Under the pieces are notes generated by a model, which had not been told where the DNA came from, did not search any database, and was given only the letters and a program-made list of their open reading frames with translations. The position numbers and the translations under genes are program-made. A stretch of 64,000 nt of DNA from Macrostomum lignano (Eukaryota), in NCBI GenBank assembly GCA_002269645.1, contig NIVC01002396.1:1-64000 (forward strand), in the 5' to 3' direction. Positions 63,323-64,000 of this stretch are shown one piece after another. How positions within the stretch are numbered: position 1 is the first letter of the stretch; every line of letters starts with the position of its first letter.

Positions 63323-64000
63323 GAGGGCACGACATTCTGTAACAATAACAATAACAAGTTTCCACATTCAATATAACAGCCATAAACAGCCTGCTTACGA
63401 TTCTCATTAACAACAGAATAATAGCGAAAAGCGCAATTAATACTACTTATACAAACTGCGCGACTTGGCTGCGAATCTAAAAATATTTTCTTTTGTATTT
63501 TGTGCATTAACTACCTCGTCCGCTCAGATGAATAGATAGGTGTCGTTACAGTGCAATTTGACACAGATATTTGCCATGACTGACGCACTGATGCAGACAG
63601 CAATATTATTAAGCAATGTGCTTCAATATCTGATCATTTTTTCCGTTCTATTATCTAACGGTTTTCAATCTCTGTAATACTACTATATTATTACTGTCAC
63701 TATTACTAGCAATACTGCTGTAACTATATATAAGCAGCGTACAAATGTGCGGTACACAATTCAATTGAAACTCAAAAGTGCAAAATTTGAAAACACTCAC
63801 TGATCTCTCTCTCTCCACTGTCTGTTGTTTTACTGTTGTTTCTGTTGTTAACCTGCAGCAAAGTGCAAAGATGAAGGACACCGACGTTTACAATACCCCC
63901 ATCTGTGTCCTTATTGTCCAATCAATCAATAAATGTAGATATTAACTGCCGAATTTGCTTTCTCTACTAGCAAGAGGTCACCCTCTACCTGTAGCAGTAT

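Overview
Eukaryotic (metazoan) genomic DNA: GC-rich coding exons with GT-AG introns, many minisatellites, and a block of transposons. The style fits the flatworm Macrostomum, but that is an inference. Host genes: 3' end of an apolipophorin/LLTP-like gene (VWD-C8-vWA-like, several -1 frameshifts; 1-3134); a 3-exon ankyrin-repeat gene whose C-terminus looks like a degenerate Penelope-type GIY-YIG domain (4987-7118); a 3-exon secreted double C-type lectin (8798-11407); ALG5 (minus, 16322-18944); and an ataxin-1-like AXH gene (56299-63322, possible upstream exon 39257-39415). Between ALG5 and the AXH gene lie CpG-decayed hAT and Merlin fossils, an intact DD34D mariner (23207-24526), a deleted Merlin (27982-28746), a complete 6.7-kb CMC/EnSpm-like element (30160-36890), and a full-length LOA/R1-type non-LTR retrotransposon with TSD (45134-50945). 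The EnSpm-like element is the most notable feature: besides an intact transposase it carries a hand-assembled 7-exon accessory gene with a BEN-like domain that the ORF track does not show. All gene models and domain calls were made by eye, without database searches.
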